Shown: positions 1 to 10,539, counted from the first letter of the stretch. The stretch is 64,000 nucleotides of DNA from an uncultured Gammaproteobacteria bacterium (GCA_964411255.1 CAYPKD010000002.1:34100-98099); one strand, 5' to 3'. The notes: generated by a model not told the origin, from the letters alone. Translations and numbers: made by a program.

Positions 1-800
1 TACCAAGGCAGATGGAGTCGGGCGCCTGGTCAGTGCTGGATGAGGTTAATACTTCAGAACCCCAAGTTTTGGTTCGTTTGAACCGGCCAATGGAAAGAGG
101 CGGAGATCTTGTTTTGCATGAGGATGGTTCCAGAAAGGTGACAAGACATAAAAATTTCAGATTGGTTGCCACAGTTAATCCACCAGGGGGAAGATATAAA
201 GGAAGAGTGCCATTGTCAGCTGAATGGATTTCCAGATGGAATTATCAAAATGTAGGATCATTGCCTTCTGAAACGAGAGCTGAAAGAATGATGGCAGCAG
301 AGGGCGTGCCATTAGAAGAAGAAATGACAGTGGATGTAGCATTATTCGAGCCAGAAAGTGAACTTAAGCCAGAAGAAAAATTATCAGATTATTATGAAGC
401 TGACTGGATTAAGGATTTGTTTTTAAAATATGCTATTTTTGCAGATTCAGTTCAGAAATTGATTGTAAAAAGAGAGATTGCCAAAGATCAAAAGCAGACA
501 TTTGACTTTGATCAAAGAGATGATCAGCGATTCAGGGAATATTTAAGAAAGTTCAGAAGATCAGGTGATATGAAAGGAGTTATTCAGGAAGCACTTGAAT
601 ATATTTTTATGAATAAATTGACAAAAGCTGAAGACAGAAAAAAAGTACAAGACGCAGCAGATTTGAATAAGGTTGATGAACCAAAGGAAAAGATCCCAAC
701 AGGTGATAAGGCGATGGAGAAAAGACTAAGAGCAATGAAAGCCGGTCTGCTAGGCGTTGGTATGGCTGAAGATCATGAGGATGCGATGTTAGGGAAATAG
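1..800 (+). CDS. MoxR/midasin-like (AAA_5) ATPase, C-terminal part; 5'-truncated by the window edge
   Basis: Walker B 'WSVLDEVN' and sensor region 'FRLVATVNPPGGRYKGRVPLSAEWISRW'; frame open upstream of the Met at 12; adjacent vWA gene. Confidence 0.8.
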   Translation, partial: PRQMESGAWSVLDEVNTSEPQVLVRLNRPMERGGDLVLHEDGSRKVTRHKNFRLVATVNPPGGRYKGRVPLSAEWISRWNYQNVGSLPSETRAERMMAAEGVPLEEEMTVDVALFEPESELKPEEKLSDYYEADWIKDLFLKYAIFADSVQKLIVKREIAKDQKQTFDFDQRDDQRFREYLRKFRRSGDMKGVIQEALEYIFMNKLTKAEDRKKVQDAADLNKVDEPKEKIPTGDKAMEKRLRAMKAGLLGVGMAEDHEDAMLGK

Positions 801-955
801 ACTTGGTTTTTGTCCTTAATCTTGTAGCATGTAACCTATAACACGTAGCACTTAACACATAGCAAATGCGAGTTTGAGCCAGCAGTATTGAAGTTAGAAT
901 AATAAAATGTTCCGAGCGTAGTCGAGGGACTCCAATTAATTTTTGACTTAATTTT

Positions 956-2938
956 ATGCCAACAAAAGAACCAATCATCCCTCCAGGCATGGAGCCAAAA
1001 GAGCCTGAGCCAAAGGAAATGAAAATTTCCAAAGAAGAATATGAATCTAGGCTTGGCCGCCTAAAGTCAATGGGCAGAATCGTTGGCGATGATTTTGATA
1101 TGGGCGTGGATGTGGGAAAAAAACCTGGCTGGCGTTATATTTTCGAACCGCATAATAAAATTGAGGTTGATCCAAATGATTTGGCTGAAAAAGGACTTGA
1201 TTACTGTTTTGGTATTATTTGCCATGAAGGCAGTCATCGAAAAATTTCCCGGCTTGATTTTATTCCAAAAAAAATCTGGCAGGAAATGGGATTTTCTTTT
1301 TTAATGAATGCAGTAGAAGATCCACGAGTTAATAACTGGGTAATGGAAAAATATGATGGTGCAAAAGACTGGCTTGAACGAGCTTATTATGAAGATATAC
1401 CAATCGATGATCAGCTTGATGAAAAAGCAAAGAAAAAACTTGGTTATACGCCTAAGCATGTTAAATATGGGTTAGAGGTTATTAAATACTGGCATTTAGG
1501 TGAATTTACCAAAGATCTGGATGAAGATATAAGAGAGGCATTGGATGAGACAATTAAATATGCAGAGTTAGCTTATGAGACTTTGCCAGACACAGATAAT
1601 CCGACTGAAAAAGATATTAAAGAAAGAGCACAGCTGATGTACGGTATTGTTTATAATAAAATTTGGCCTATTTATCAGGAGTTGGTTGATAAAGCATTTG
1701 ACGAAGAGGCATTGCGCCAGATGATTGAGAATATGCTGGAAAATGGAGAAATGCAAATGCCAGAAGAAGGACAAGATGCTGAGGGTATGCCAATTCCATG
1801 GGATCAGATACCTGATGATTTGAAAGAAAAATTAAAGCAGAAATTAAAAGAGCTGCTTGATCAAATGGATGAAGATGAACGTAAGAAATTTGAAGAAGAC
1901 GCAGAGGGGAAAGCAGAAGACGCGTTGGATGGTTTGGAAGATGAATTAAATGAGGAATTAAAGGGAAAAATGGTAAAAATGAAAAAGTCTGCTAAAGAGG
2001 AAAAAGAAGAGGAAGAAAAGGCTGAGGCAGAAAAAGAGAAAGAAAAAGAAAAAAAAGAAGACTTGAAAAAAAAGCAAAGGGAATATGAAAGAAAATTAGA
2101 ATCGCAAAAGACAGAGTATGAAAAAGCTTTAACAGAGGTCGCTCCTTATGTAGATAAGGTGGCTGAAGATTTAATCAATATATTCATGACTGAGCGATTT
2201 CCAAAATTTAAGGCTAAATTTCCAGGCCAAAAATTACGATTAAAAGGTGCAATGGACTGGAAATCAAGGAAAGAATACAGAAAACTTTTTGAAACCAGAG
2301 AGCCTTTCGAAAGAAAGAAGTTTAGCGTTATGCTGCTGGTAGATTTATCTGGCTCAATGAGAGGTGAAAAAATCGAAGAGACTTTTAAAGGAGCAGTGTT
2401 ATTCGCTGAAGCATTGAACCGAGTGGCTGAAACAATGGGAGGATTAAAAGTGGCAATCTACGGATTTCAGGACACATTAATAAAATATAAAAAGTTTGAT
2501 ACAGAAATAGATGATGAGCTTAGAAATGAAATAAGCGTTATGCAAAGAGAGCCAGCTAATATGGGTAATCATAATCAAGCAGGTTATAATAGCGACGGCT
2601 ATTCAGTTTATCATGCTTCTAAAATGTTGGAAGATGAAGGCGGTGACAATCAGTTTTTAATAATATTGTCAGATGGATTCCCAGTGCCAGATTATGGTCA
2701 TCGAGCCCCTGGCTATCAGCAGTTAAGCGGAGACGAAGAATTAAAAGAGGTGGTACGTGATATTGTGAAAAATAAAAATCAATATATATTAGGAGTCGGG
2801 CTGGGACCTGGCACTGAGCATGTAGCTGACTTTTATGATGAAGATTTAAGGGGAGTGGAAAATATTCCAAATGTAAATGTAACAAAATTATCAGAAGTCA
2901 TAGGTGATAAAACAGTTAAATTAATTCAATCAAAATAA
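956..2938 (+). CDS. vWA-domain protein with N-terminal HExxH metallopeptidase-like region and acidic/charged coiled coil (CobT/NorD-like MoxR partner)
   Basis: 'ICHEGSH...EDPRVN' N-terminal motif; MIDAS 'DLSGSM' and 'ILSDG' at the C-terminus. Confidence 0.8.
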   Translation: MPTKEPIIPPGMEPKEPEPKEMKISKEEYESRLGRLKSMGRIVGDDFDMGVDVGKKPGWRYIFEPHNKIEVDPNDLAEKGLDYCFGIICHEGSHRKISRLDFIPKKIWQEMGFSFLMNAVEDPRVNNWVMEKYDGAKDWLERAYYEDIPIDDQLDEKAKKKLGYTPKHVKYGLEVIKYWHLGEFTKDLDEDIREALDETIKYAELAYETLPDTDNPTEKDIKERAQLMYGIVYNKIWPIYQELVDKAFDEEALRQMIENMLENGEMQMPEEGQDAEGMPIPWDQIPDDLKEKLKQKLKELLDQMDEDERKKFEEDAEGKAEDALDGLEDELNEELKGKMVKMKKSAKEEKEEEEKAEAEKEKEKEKKEDLKKKQREYERKLESQKTEYEKALTEVAPYVDKVAEDLINIFMTERFPKFKAKFPGQKLRLKGAMDWKSRKEYRKLFETREPFERKKFSVMLLVDLSGSMRGEKIEETFKGAVLFAEALNRVAETMGGLKVAIYGFQDTLIKYKKFDTEIDDELRNEISVMQREPANMGNHNQAGYNSDGYSVYHASKMLEDEGGDNQFLIILSDGFPVPDYGHRAPGYQQLSGDEELKEVVRDIVKNKNQYILGVGLGPGTEHVADFYDEDLRGVENIPNVNVTKLSEVIGDKTVKLIQSK

Positions 2939-2939
2939 T

Positions 2940-3389
2940 ATGGTAAACAAAGAAGAAAAAATAAAAAAGTTCTATGAGGTGGTTTCAAAAATGCAAATCC
3001 CTCCAGGCAGGGAAATCGGCCTGATTATTTCAAAGAAAAAAAAGGTGCTGGCAGATATTTCAAAGCAAGCTCCAGATTCAAACATGATAACCGTTTTTGA
3101 ACTGGATAAAGAAACAAATGTGGAAAAAGCCATTGATGATTTGGCTGATGCTATGAGCACAGGCAGAACAGCATTACTTCAGATCCATGATTATCTAGAT
3201 CAGAAAATTTTTAATCAGCTTTATTTATTATCAAAGGACGGCCGGATGCAGTATGCAAAACTTGAGGATTGGGTGACAGTGGATGCTGTTCCAGAAGCAA
3301 GCATAATTTTAATTTCAACTGAAAAGGAGTTGGAAAATTTGAATTACACCAATATTATGGACATGGTCGGGCCAGTTTTGCGAATTTAA
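2940..3389 (+). CDS. Hypothetical protein, possibly a degenerate AAA-like domain
   Basis: Starts 1 nt after the vWA stop; the hydrophobic pattern of 'AMSTGRTALLQ...DGRM...SIILIS' parallels the upstream ATPase. Confidence 0.6.
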   Translation: MVNKEEKIKKFYEVVSKMQIPPGREIGLIISKKKKVLADISKQAPDSNMITVFELDKETNVEKAIDDLADAMSTGRTALLQIHDYLDQKIFNQLYLLSKDGRMQYAKLEDWVTVDAVPEASIILISTEKELENLNYTNIMDMVGPVLRI

Positions 3390-3500
3390 TTTGGCAATAG
3401 TAATACCACTGCTTTAGGTTATACAGGATTTTACAAAGAGATTTCTCCATTCCGCTTCGCTTCAGTCGAAATGACAAAACAGGGCAGCGGCAAAACACCT

Positions 3501-5066
3501 ATGGTATTTGAAAAAATTCCAAAACCAGAAAAGGCAGAAAAGAAATCAGAAGCCAAATCAAAAGCTGAGCAGGATAAATCCCTTGCTCAGGTTTTAGAAT
3601 TAGCCAGAAAAAGGAGAAAAGCTGAAAGAATACAGTTAACACCTGATGAGGATAAGCGGTTATTTTTAATTTTAACAAAAGCAATTAAAGCAGAAAAGGC
3701 TGGAGAATTGGCAAAAGCAATTGAGTATTATTCTGAATATAAACAAGAGTTATTAAAAATAAAAGAAGCAAATGAAGAAAAGGAACGACTTAAAGAAGGG
3801 TTTGAGGTCGATGTAACTGAGTATTTAGAATTCGGAATTCCAGGTGAGCCTGTTCCTGATAATGGTGGTATTGTTTTCTTAGCAAATGAAAAAGGCTTGC
3901 ATTATTTGATAAATGAAAAAAATGAAAAAATCGGCAATCCAATTGTCGATGCTAGTGAAATGCACAAGCCAGTTAAGGCAAAAGGTGATTATTGGTGTAT
4001 AGTTAAACCACGAATAGGTGAAGATGAGCCAGGAATTGTAAATATAAATACTCGTCAAAAAACAACTTTTTGGAATAAACGCTTCGACCCACCGGCTCCA
4101 CATGAACCTGAAAGAATTTTATCTATAAATGATAATATATATGTGATAGTTGAGGCTGGAATGGGAAGCGGAGAATTAATTGATCTAGATGATAATAGGG
4201 TGTTATTCAATGGGGAATATCATCAGGTTAGCCCTCCTCTTTTTAAAACCTGGGATATCATAAAGGGTGAACAAAAAGAGTTTTTAATTGATGAAAAAGA
4301 TAATGAGCGCAGTAAAAAATATAATAGAATCAATCAGCTTGTAGAGACGAAGGGAGAAATTTATTTGTCAGTTCAAGAAAAAAAGAAATCATTAATTGGT
4401 CAGTCGAAAAATATTGAGTTTGTTACTGATTCAGCTGGAAAAAGAATAGGGAAGCAATATCAAGAAGTGCTAAAATTAAAGGAAGTAAATGGTAAGCCAA
4501 TGTTTTCTGTTTTTCATAAAGGAAAATATTTTTTAGTTAATCACAAAGGTAAGAGGGTATCAGAAAAATTTGACGATATAGTTTTGGATTTTGAGATTAT
4601 TGAAGACACAACATATTTTATAACTCAACCAGAACCAGAAAAAAAGTTTCAACCTATTACCGTCTCAGATGATAAGCGCGGCAAGATTGCTGAGTTTTTA
4701 GTAAAAGAATTTGAGTCTACAGATAATATTGGAGGGAAATTATATATTACTTGCCGTAAAATGATTGAAGGCCCAAGGGGGACAATGCTTGATGGCAGAT
4801 TTGTTGTTGATGAAAATGGAAGAGAGATAGTAGATGGAAGTATTTTCGATCCTCAGAAAGTATATGATTTTAATAATAAATTTTACTGCCATGCAAAGGA
4901 CAAAGAACATAGGCGTGATGTTTTATTAGATGAAAAAGGTCAAGAACTTACTGCCATGGCTAATATTTTTTATGTTAAGCAAGATGAAGATGGCAGGATT
5001 TATATAATTGGCAGGGAAAAGCGCGGAGATAAAATTTATTATGTTAAGAGATTTATAGAGGGTTGA
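3501..5066 (+). CDS. Shared-N-module family member 1, with C-terminal beta-repeat (WG/propeller-like) region
   Basis: 'LTPDEDKRLFLILTKAIKAEKAGELAKAIEYYSEYKQELLKIK' module; repeated 'FLIDEK/FVTDSAG/FLVNHKG/FVVDENG/LLDEKG' motifs; Met at 3501 preferred because 3471 lies inside a repeat element. Confidence 0.75.
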   Translation: MVFEKIPKPEKAEKKSEAKSKAEQDKSLAQVLELARKRRKAERIQLTPDEDKRLFLILTKAIKAEKAGELAKAIEYYSEYKQELLKIKEANEEKERLKEGFEVDVTEYLEFGIPGEPVPDNGGIVFLANEKGLHYLINEKNEKIGNPIVDASEMHKPVKAKGDYWCIVKPRIGEDEPGIVNINTRQKTTFWNKRFDPPAPHEPERILSINDNIYVIVEAGMGSGELIDLDDNRVLFNGEYHQVSPPLFKTWDIIKGEQKEFLIDEKDNERSKKYNRINQLVETKGEIYLSVQEKKKSLIGQSKNIEFVTDSAGKRIGKQYQEVLKLKEVNGKPMFSVFHKGKYFLVNHKGKRVSEKFDDIVLDFEIIEDTTYFITQPEPEKKFQPITVSDDKRGKIAEFLVKEFESTDNIGGKLYITCRKMIEGPRGTMLDGRFVVDENGREIVDGSIFDPQKVYDFNNKFYCHAKDKEHRRDVLLDEKGQELTAMANIFYVKQDEDGRIYIIGREKRGDKIYYVKRFIEG

Positions 5067-5205
5067 GGTGGACGTTGTTCCATTATATACAATACCAACC
5101 TCCGCTGATTTGGATGATGCAGTTCGAATACTGGATTCATGCCGGAATTTACCTGCCTTTGGCAGGCAGGAATGACGTTCTGGACAGCGGCCTAATTAAA
5201 CCAAT

Positions 5206-5892
5206 ATGAAATCAGAACAAATTGAACAATCTCTTGAATCCCAGTTGGAAATGGCCAGACGAGGTCGAAAAGAAGTGAAACGTGTTGAATTAACGCCTGA
5301 TGAGGATAAGTTCTTGTTTTTGATTTTAAATAAAGCAATCGCTGCTGAAAAGGCTGGGGATTTAGCAAAAGCATTGGAACATTATACGAAATATAAGGAA
5401 GAATTATTAGAAATAAAAAGAAAAGGAGAAATAAGAAAAAAAAGGCGAGAAAGAAGAGCAGAGAGACGCGGCACAGTAGTCGCAGAAAAGAAAAAAGCAG
5501 ATTGGACACCGTTAATAGATTGGGCAGAAGAAATAGGTATTGTAAATCCAAAAAAATGGGTAAAAAGTAATTTTGTTTCAAGTAGGCTTCCAGAATTTGT
5601 GACTCGAAAAAGTATTTTAATTAAACCAAAGGATCGGAGCAAGAAAATTGTTTTATTACCAAATCTAAAAGTGACAAAAAATGCCCAATTTACTAATCTA
5701 CAGATTCATGAACTACCTGAAGGTTTAGAAGTAGGTAATAATTTAGATATAATAAATTGTCCATTAGCTGAATTACCAGACGATTTAATTGTTGAAGGAA
5801 ATATTTTTATATCAGGAAATAATAATGAATTGATAGAAGCCGCTAAGGAATTGAAGAAAAAGGGTCAAATAAAAGGACAGATAAGAGTTTAA
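5206..5892 (+). CDS. Shared-N-module family member 2, with LRR-like 'LPxxLxVxGxL' repeats
   Basis: 'QSLESQLEMARR..EVKRVELTPDEDK' leader; 'ELPEGLEVGNNL', 'ELPDDLIVEGNI'. Confidence 0.8.
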   Translation: MKSEQIEQSLESQLEMARRGRKEVKRVELTPDEDKFLFLILNKAIAAEKAGDLAKALEHYTKYKEELLEIKRKGEIRKKRRERRAERRGTVVAEKKKADWTPLIDWAEEIGIVNPKKWVKSNFVSSRLPEFVTRKSILIKPKDRSKKIVLLPNLKVTKNAQFTNLQIHELPEGLEVGNNLDIINCPLAELPDDLIVEGNIFISGNNNELIEAAKELKKKGQIKGQIRV

Positions 5893-5895
5893 TTT

Positions 5896-6528
5896 ATGCC
5901 TGAACAAATAAAACAATCTCTCGAATCCCAACTCCAAATGGCCCGCCCGCGGTGTCATGAGGTTAAGCGTGTGCCTTTAACACCAGAAGAAAAGGAATTT
6001 TTAGGCGAGATTATGGATAAGGCAGTAGCTGCGGAAAAGGCCGGGGAATTGAAGAAGGCGCTGGATTTGTATACTGATTATAAAAATGAATTATTGAAAA
6101 TTAAAAAAAAATTATCTTTTGATAAAGATAAATGGGATGAGGAAACAGTGCTTAATTGGGTGAAAGAGGAAATAGATGCGAGTGATCCAAGAAAATGGAT
6201 GGACAAAATATATTTAAGAGAGCTGCCTGTAATATCTATTAATCAAATTACATTTGATTTATCTAATATAAAAAGCGTAAAACATTTGCCAAATAATTTG
6301 ATTGTGCGCGGGACTTTAAATTTACGAGGCACTTCTATTGAAAAATTACCAAATGCTTTAACTGTGCATGAGGATTTATATTTGCAGAATACTCCTATTA
6401 CCACACTTCCTGACAATATTTATATTCATGGTAAAGTTTATATATCAAAAGAAAATAAGAAATTACTAGCTGCTGCCAAGGAAGCTCAGAAAAGGGGGGA
6501 TATAAATGGACAGATTATTGAAGCGTAA
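5896..6528 (+). CDS. Shared-N-module family member 3, with LRR-like repeats
   Basis: 'QSLESQLQMARPR..EVKRVPLTPEEKEFLGEIMDKAVAAEKAG'; 'HLPNNLIVRGTL', 'KLPNALTVHEDL'. Confidence 0.8.
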   Translation: MPEQIKQSLESQLQMARPRCHEVKRVPLTPEEKEFLGEIMDKAVAAEKAGELKKALDLYTDYKNELLKIKKKLSFDKDKWDEETVLNWVKEEIDASDPRKWMDKIYLRELPVISINQITFDLSNIKSVKHLPNNLIVRGTLNLRGTSIEKLPNALTVHEDLYLQNTPITTLPDNIYIHGKVYISKENKKLLAAAKEAQKRGDINGQIIEA

Positions 6529-6533
6529 TTATT

Positions 6534-7175
6534 ATGAGAGAAAAACAAGAACAATCACTAGAATCTCAATTAAAAATGGCCCGCCCGCGGCGTTATGAGG
6601 TTAAGCGTGTGCCGCTGACACCTGAGGAAAAAGAATTTTTAGGAGAGATCATGGATAAGGCTGTGGCAGCGGAAAAGGCAGGGGAATTGCAGGAAGCTTT
6701 GAATCTCTATACTGATTATAAAAATGAGTTGTTAAAGATTAAGGAAACAAAGGAAAAAGAAAAAAGATCAAAAGAGGAAATAAAAAAAATACAGAAAGAA
6801 TTAATTGAGTGGGCAGGCAGTTTTAATACAGAACCTGAAAAATGGATAAATAAAAATTTTGATTTAAAAAATATGCCAGACATAATATGCTATGCAGATA
6901 TAGATTTAGATAATACGCAAGCAAATCATTTGCCAGATAATCTTATAGTTCATGGATTATTATCAATACAGAACACGCCAATCCTGAAATTACCGCATAA
7001 TCTATGTGTGGAAGGAGATTTTAATATCAGCAATACAAAATTAACAGACTTGCCCGATGATTTAATAGTAAATGGAATTTTGGAAATAGATGCTTTTGCT
7101 CTTAAAAAAATTAAAGATAAGGCTCATGAGTTGAAAAGAGCTGGACAAGTTATTAAAATAAATGAAATATTATGA
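6534..7175 (+). CDS. Shared-N-module family member 4, with LRR-like repeats
   Basis: Same leader; 'HLPDNLIVHGLL', 'KLPHNLCVEGDF', 'DLPDDLIVNGIL'. Confidence 0.8.
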   Translation: MREKQEQSLESQLKMARPRRYEVKRVPLTPEEKEFLGEIMDKAVAAEKAGELQEALNLYTDYKNELLKIKETKEKEKRSKEEIKKIQKELIEWAGSFNTEPEKWINKNFDLKNMPDIICYADIDLDNTQANHLPDNLIVHGLLSIQNTPILKLPHNLCVEGDFNISNTKLTDLPDDLIVNGILEIDAFALKKIKDKAHELKRAGQVIKINEIL

Positions 7176-8290
7176 AAAATTTAATATTAACAATCAATAG
7201 CGGATCTTCTTCGCTAAAATTCAAACTTTTTGATCAAAAATTAAAAAAAATATCTTCTGGCATTGTGGAGCAAATAGGCGGCCGGTCTTTTTGCAATTTT
7301 GATAAAGATAAAAGATATGTAAAGATCAGCAGCCATGAAAAAGCTTTGGAAAAAGTTTTTGTATTTTTAAAATTTAAAGGCATTGATTTGAAAGATATAA
7401 AAAAAATAGGGCACAGATATGTACATGGCGGACAAAAGTTTTATAAGCCATTATTAATAAATAAAAAAAATCTAAAAGAGTTACAAAAGCTAAATGATTT
7501 AGCGCCGCTTCACAATCCACACAATTTAGCAGGAATTAAAGCCTGTATGAAGCTTTTAGCCAGCGCTAAAAATTATGCCTGCTTTGATACAGCCTTTTTT
7601 CATGATTTACCAGAAAAAGTACAGACTTATCCTCTTCCAAAGAAGTTATCTGACAAGTATAATATTAGAAAGTATGGCTTTCACGGATTGTCTCATCAGT
7701 ATGTGAGCTTGCTCAGTGCAAAAAAGCTGAATAAAAATGTGAGACAGGTTAATTTAATCACCTGCCACCTTGGTTCTGGCTGCAGCATTTCAGCAATTAA
7801 AAAAGGAAAACCCGTAGATACTTCAATGGGATTTACACCTCTAGAAGGACTGATGATGGCCACCAGAACAGGTGATTTTGATCCAGCAATAATCTTTTAT
7901 TTACACAAAAAAGGTTTGCTCTTTAAGAAAATTGAAAAAATGCTAAATTTTGAATCTGGACTTTATGGCATTTCTGGTTTAAAAGATATGCGGGCAATTT
8001 TAACAGCCAGTGGATATAAAGTACCAGGTTTTAAATTAAAAAATAAATTAAGTCCTTCACAAAAAAAACTTGCCAAGCTTGCTCTGGAAATGTTTGTTTA
8101 TCGAATTAAAAAATATATTGGCGCATATCAGGCTGTGCTGGGTAAAATTGATGCAATAGCTTTTACTGGTGGAATTGGGGAGAGGAGTGATGTGGTGAGA
8201 AAGCTTGTGATGCGCGGTTTGCCTATTAAGGCAAAGATAATTGTTGTACCCACGGATGAGGAATTGATGATAACGAGGCTAATAAAGTAA
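7172..8290 (+). CDS. ackA: Acetate kinase
   Basis: 'INSGSSSLKF', 'GHRYVHGG', 'LAPLHNP', 'YGFHGLSH', 'DTSMGFTPLEG', 'FTGGIGE', 'TDEE'. Confidence 0.95.
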   Translation: MKNLILTINSGSSSLKFKLFDQKLKKISSGIVEQIGGRSFCNFDKDKRYVKISSHEKALEKVFVFLKFKGIDLKDIKKIGHRYVHGGQKFYKPLLINKKNLKELQKLNDLAPLHNPHNLAGIKACMKLLASAKNYACFDTAFFHDLPEKVQTYPLPKKLSDKYNIRKYGFHGLSHQYVSLLSAKKLNKNVRQVNLITCHLGSGCSISAIKKGKPVDTSMGFTPLEGLMMATRTGDFDPAIIFYLHKKGLLFKKIEKMLNFESGLYGISGLKDMRAILTASGYKVPGFKLKNKLSPSQKKLAKLALEMFVYRIKKYIGAYQAVLGKIDAIAFTGGIGERSDVVRKLVMRGLPIKAKIIVVPTDEELMITRLIK

Positions 8291-8291
8291 T

Positions 8292-8765
8292 CGTTACGAA
8301 GTTATAATGTTACTAAGTTACGAGGTTAAAAGATTATATGAAAATTACAAAATTAGAGGAATTAGATGCTTGGCAAGAAGCAAGAAAATTATGTGAGGGT
8401 ATTTATCAATTAGTTAAACAATTACCAAGTTTTGAGGAATATAATATAAAGAAGCATATGCGAGAAAGCGCAAGAGGAGTTGCAGCAAATATCGCTGAAG
8501 GATTTGGGAGATATTTTTATAAAGAGAATTTAAGGTTTTATGGTATTGCACGCGGATGCCTAAATGAGGTAAAAAGTGATTTGTATGTCTGTTTTGATGC
8601 AGAATTTATCGATCAAGAAAAGCTGGATGAACATTTGGAGAAAATTAATAAAACAGAAGCTCTTTTAAATGGGCTTGTTGGTAGTGTCCTTAGCAGATTA
8701 AACGACCCGAATATAAAGTCAAAATAACGTCGTAACTTTTTAACGTTATAACGTCTTAACCTTAA
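8292..8765. repeat. Inverted arrays of degenerate 8-mers flanking the four-helix-bundle gene
   Basis: Left arm gttacgaa/gttataat/gttactaa/gttacgag (8292-8328); right arm taacgtcg/taactttt/taacgtta/taacgtct (8725-8765). Confidence 0.8.
8338..8727 (+). CDS. Four-helix-bundle protein (23S rRNA IVP/S23-like family)
   Basis: 'LEELDAWQEA...AANIAEGFGR...FYGIARG.LNEVKS' signature. Confidence 0.9.
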   Translation: MKITKLEELDAWQEARKLCEGIYQLVKQLPSFEEYNIKKHMRESARGVAANIAEGFGRYFYKENLRFYGIARGCLNEVKSDLYVCFDAEFIDQEKLDEHLEKINKTEALLNGLVGSVLSRLNDPNIKSK

Positions 8766-8769
8766 TCAA

Positions 8770-10419
8770 ATGACCGCCTTATCCAAAATTAAAAAAATTC
8801 TAAACGCCAAGACAAGCTCAATCGTCTCTGGCGCAGCCATTATAAGTCTGGCTTCTTTAGCCAGTCGGTTTTTGGGTGTGATCAGAGATAGGGTATTGGC
8901 CAGTGAATTCGGCGCCGGCGCTGAGCTGGATATGTATTATGCTGCATTTCGAGTGCCTGATTTAATTTATAATTTGGTTATCCTTGGCGCATTGTCTGCC
9001 GGATTTATTCCTGTTTTTACATCTTTACTAAAAAAATATGATAAGGAAGGCTATAAGGAAAATAAGCAAGCCTGGGATTTGGTAAATAATGTCTTAAATA
9101 CGGTTTTAATATTTTTAACCATTGTTTGTGCCTTTTTATTTATAATTACACCATGGCTGATGAAATACATTGCTCCAGGATTTGAAGGCGAACAGCTTCG
9201 TATAACTACCAATTTAACCCGAATAATGTTTTTAAGCCCGATCTTTTTAGGTATTAGCGGAATATTTGGAGGAGTTTTGCAATCTTTTAAAAGATTTTTA
9301 ATGTTTTCATTTGCGCCGATCATGTATAATATTGGAATAATTTTTGGAGCAGTATTTTTAATTGATTATATAAATATTTATGGTTTGGCAATTGGCGTTA
9401 TTATCGGGGCGTTTTTGCATATGATGATTCAATTGCCAGTGGCTATTCGGTTAGGATTTAGATATCGTCCGGTTTTCCAGCTTTGGAATAAAGATATTAG
9501 AAAAATCGGCAGGATGATGCTGCCACGAACCATGGGATTGGCTACAATGCAATTAAATTTAATTGTGGTTACGGTATTGGGATCAAGCCTGACTGCTGGT
9601 TCAATTGCTGTATATAACTTTGCCACTAACTTGCAGAGTTTTCCTTTAGGATTGTTTGGCATCTCATTTGCCTTGGCTGCATTTCCAGCAATGTCATTGT
9701 CATTTGCTAAAAGAGATTTAACTGATTTTAAAAAGCATTTTGAAGACACTTTAAGACAAATTTTGTTTTTTATAATACCTTTTACTTTAATTTTTATTAT
9801 ACTTAGAATGCAGATTGTAAGAGTGGTTTTAGGTTCTGGCCAGTTCAGCTGGGAAGATACGATTTTAACCGCCAATACTTTGGGAATATTTTCATTAAGC
9901 TTGTTTGCTCAGTCCTTGATCCCTCTGGTTGCTAGAGCATTTTATTCAATGCAAAACACTTTAATACCATTCTTAATGAGTTTAATATCTACAATTGTAA
10001 ATATTGTTTTAAGTTTGATTTTTGTAAAGTATTGGAGCGTTTTAGGTTTAGCTGCTGCTTTTACAATTTCCAATGTTTTAAATATTGCTTTATTAATGTT
10101 TGCTTTAAGAAAGAAAGTGGGAAGACTTGAAGTGCCTAGGATTTTAAAAACATTGGGTAAAATTTCTGTTGCTGGCGTCGCAATGGCAGTTGTGATGCAG
10201 TTGGCAAAATATCCAATGGCAATGCTGGTCGATATGGAAAAGTTCTGGGGAATATTCCTACAGGGCTTGGTTGCCGGACTTTTAGGTATTGGAGTATTTA
10301 TTTTAATTGCTCATTTATTAAAAGTTGAAGAGCTGCAAAGATTGAAACAAGGATTGGCAAAGAGAATTTTTAGAAAAGCTTCTTTGGCTAAGGAACCGAT
10401 CAGGCAAGCAGGGCAGTAG
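8770..10419 (+). CDS. murJ: Lipid II flippase MurJ (MviN)
   Basis: 'SRFLGVIRD...FGAG...AAFRVPD...GALSAGFIPVF', 'RAFYS'; multi-TM. Confidence 0.95.
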   Translation: MTALSKIKKILNAKTSSIVSGAAIISLASLASRFLGVIRDRVLASEFGAGAELDMYYAAFRVPDLIYNLVILGALSAGFIPVFTSLLKKYDKEGYKENKQAWDLVNNVLNTVLIFLTIVCAFLFIITPWLMKYIAPGFEGEQLRITTNLTRIMFLSPIFLGISGIFGGVLQSFKRFLMFSFAPIMYNIGIIFGAVFLIDYINIYGLAIGVIIGAFLHMMIQLPVAIRLGFRYRPVFQLWNKDIRKIGRMMLPRTMGLATMQLNLIVVTVLGSSLTAGSIAVYNFATNLQSFPLGLFGISFALAAFPAMSLSFAKRDLTDFKKHFEDTLRQILFFIIPFTLIFIILRMQIVRVVLGSGQFSWEDTILTANTLGIFSLSLFAQSLIPLVARAFYSMQNTLIPFLMSLISTIVNIVLSLIFVKYWSVLGLAAAFTISNVLNIALLMFALRKKVGRLEVPRILKTLGKISVAGVAMAVVMQLAKYPMAMLVDMEKFWGIFLQGLVAGLLGIGVFILIAHLLKVEELQRLKQGLAKRIFRKASLAKEPIRQAGQ

Positions 10420-10539
10420 ATTCATGTATCATAGATTAAAAAATCCGCATCAATATGATGCGTTTTTAGATGCTTGATTTTTTTGTAAATATATGCTACG
10501 TTGTTTTAACTTAGGAGAAAGAAAAATAAACTTAATTTT

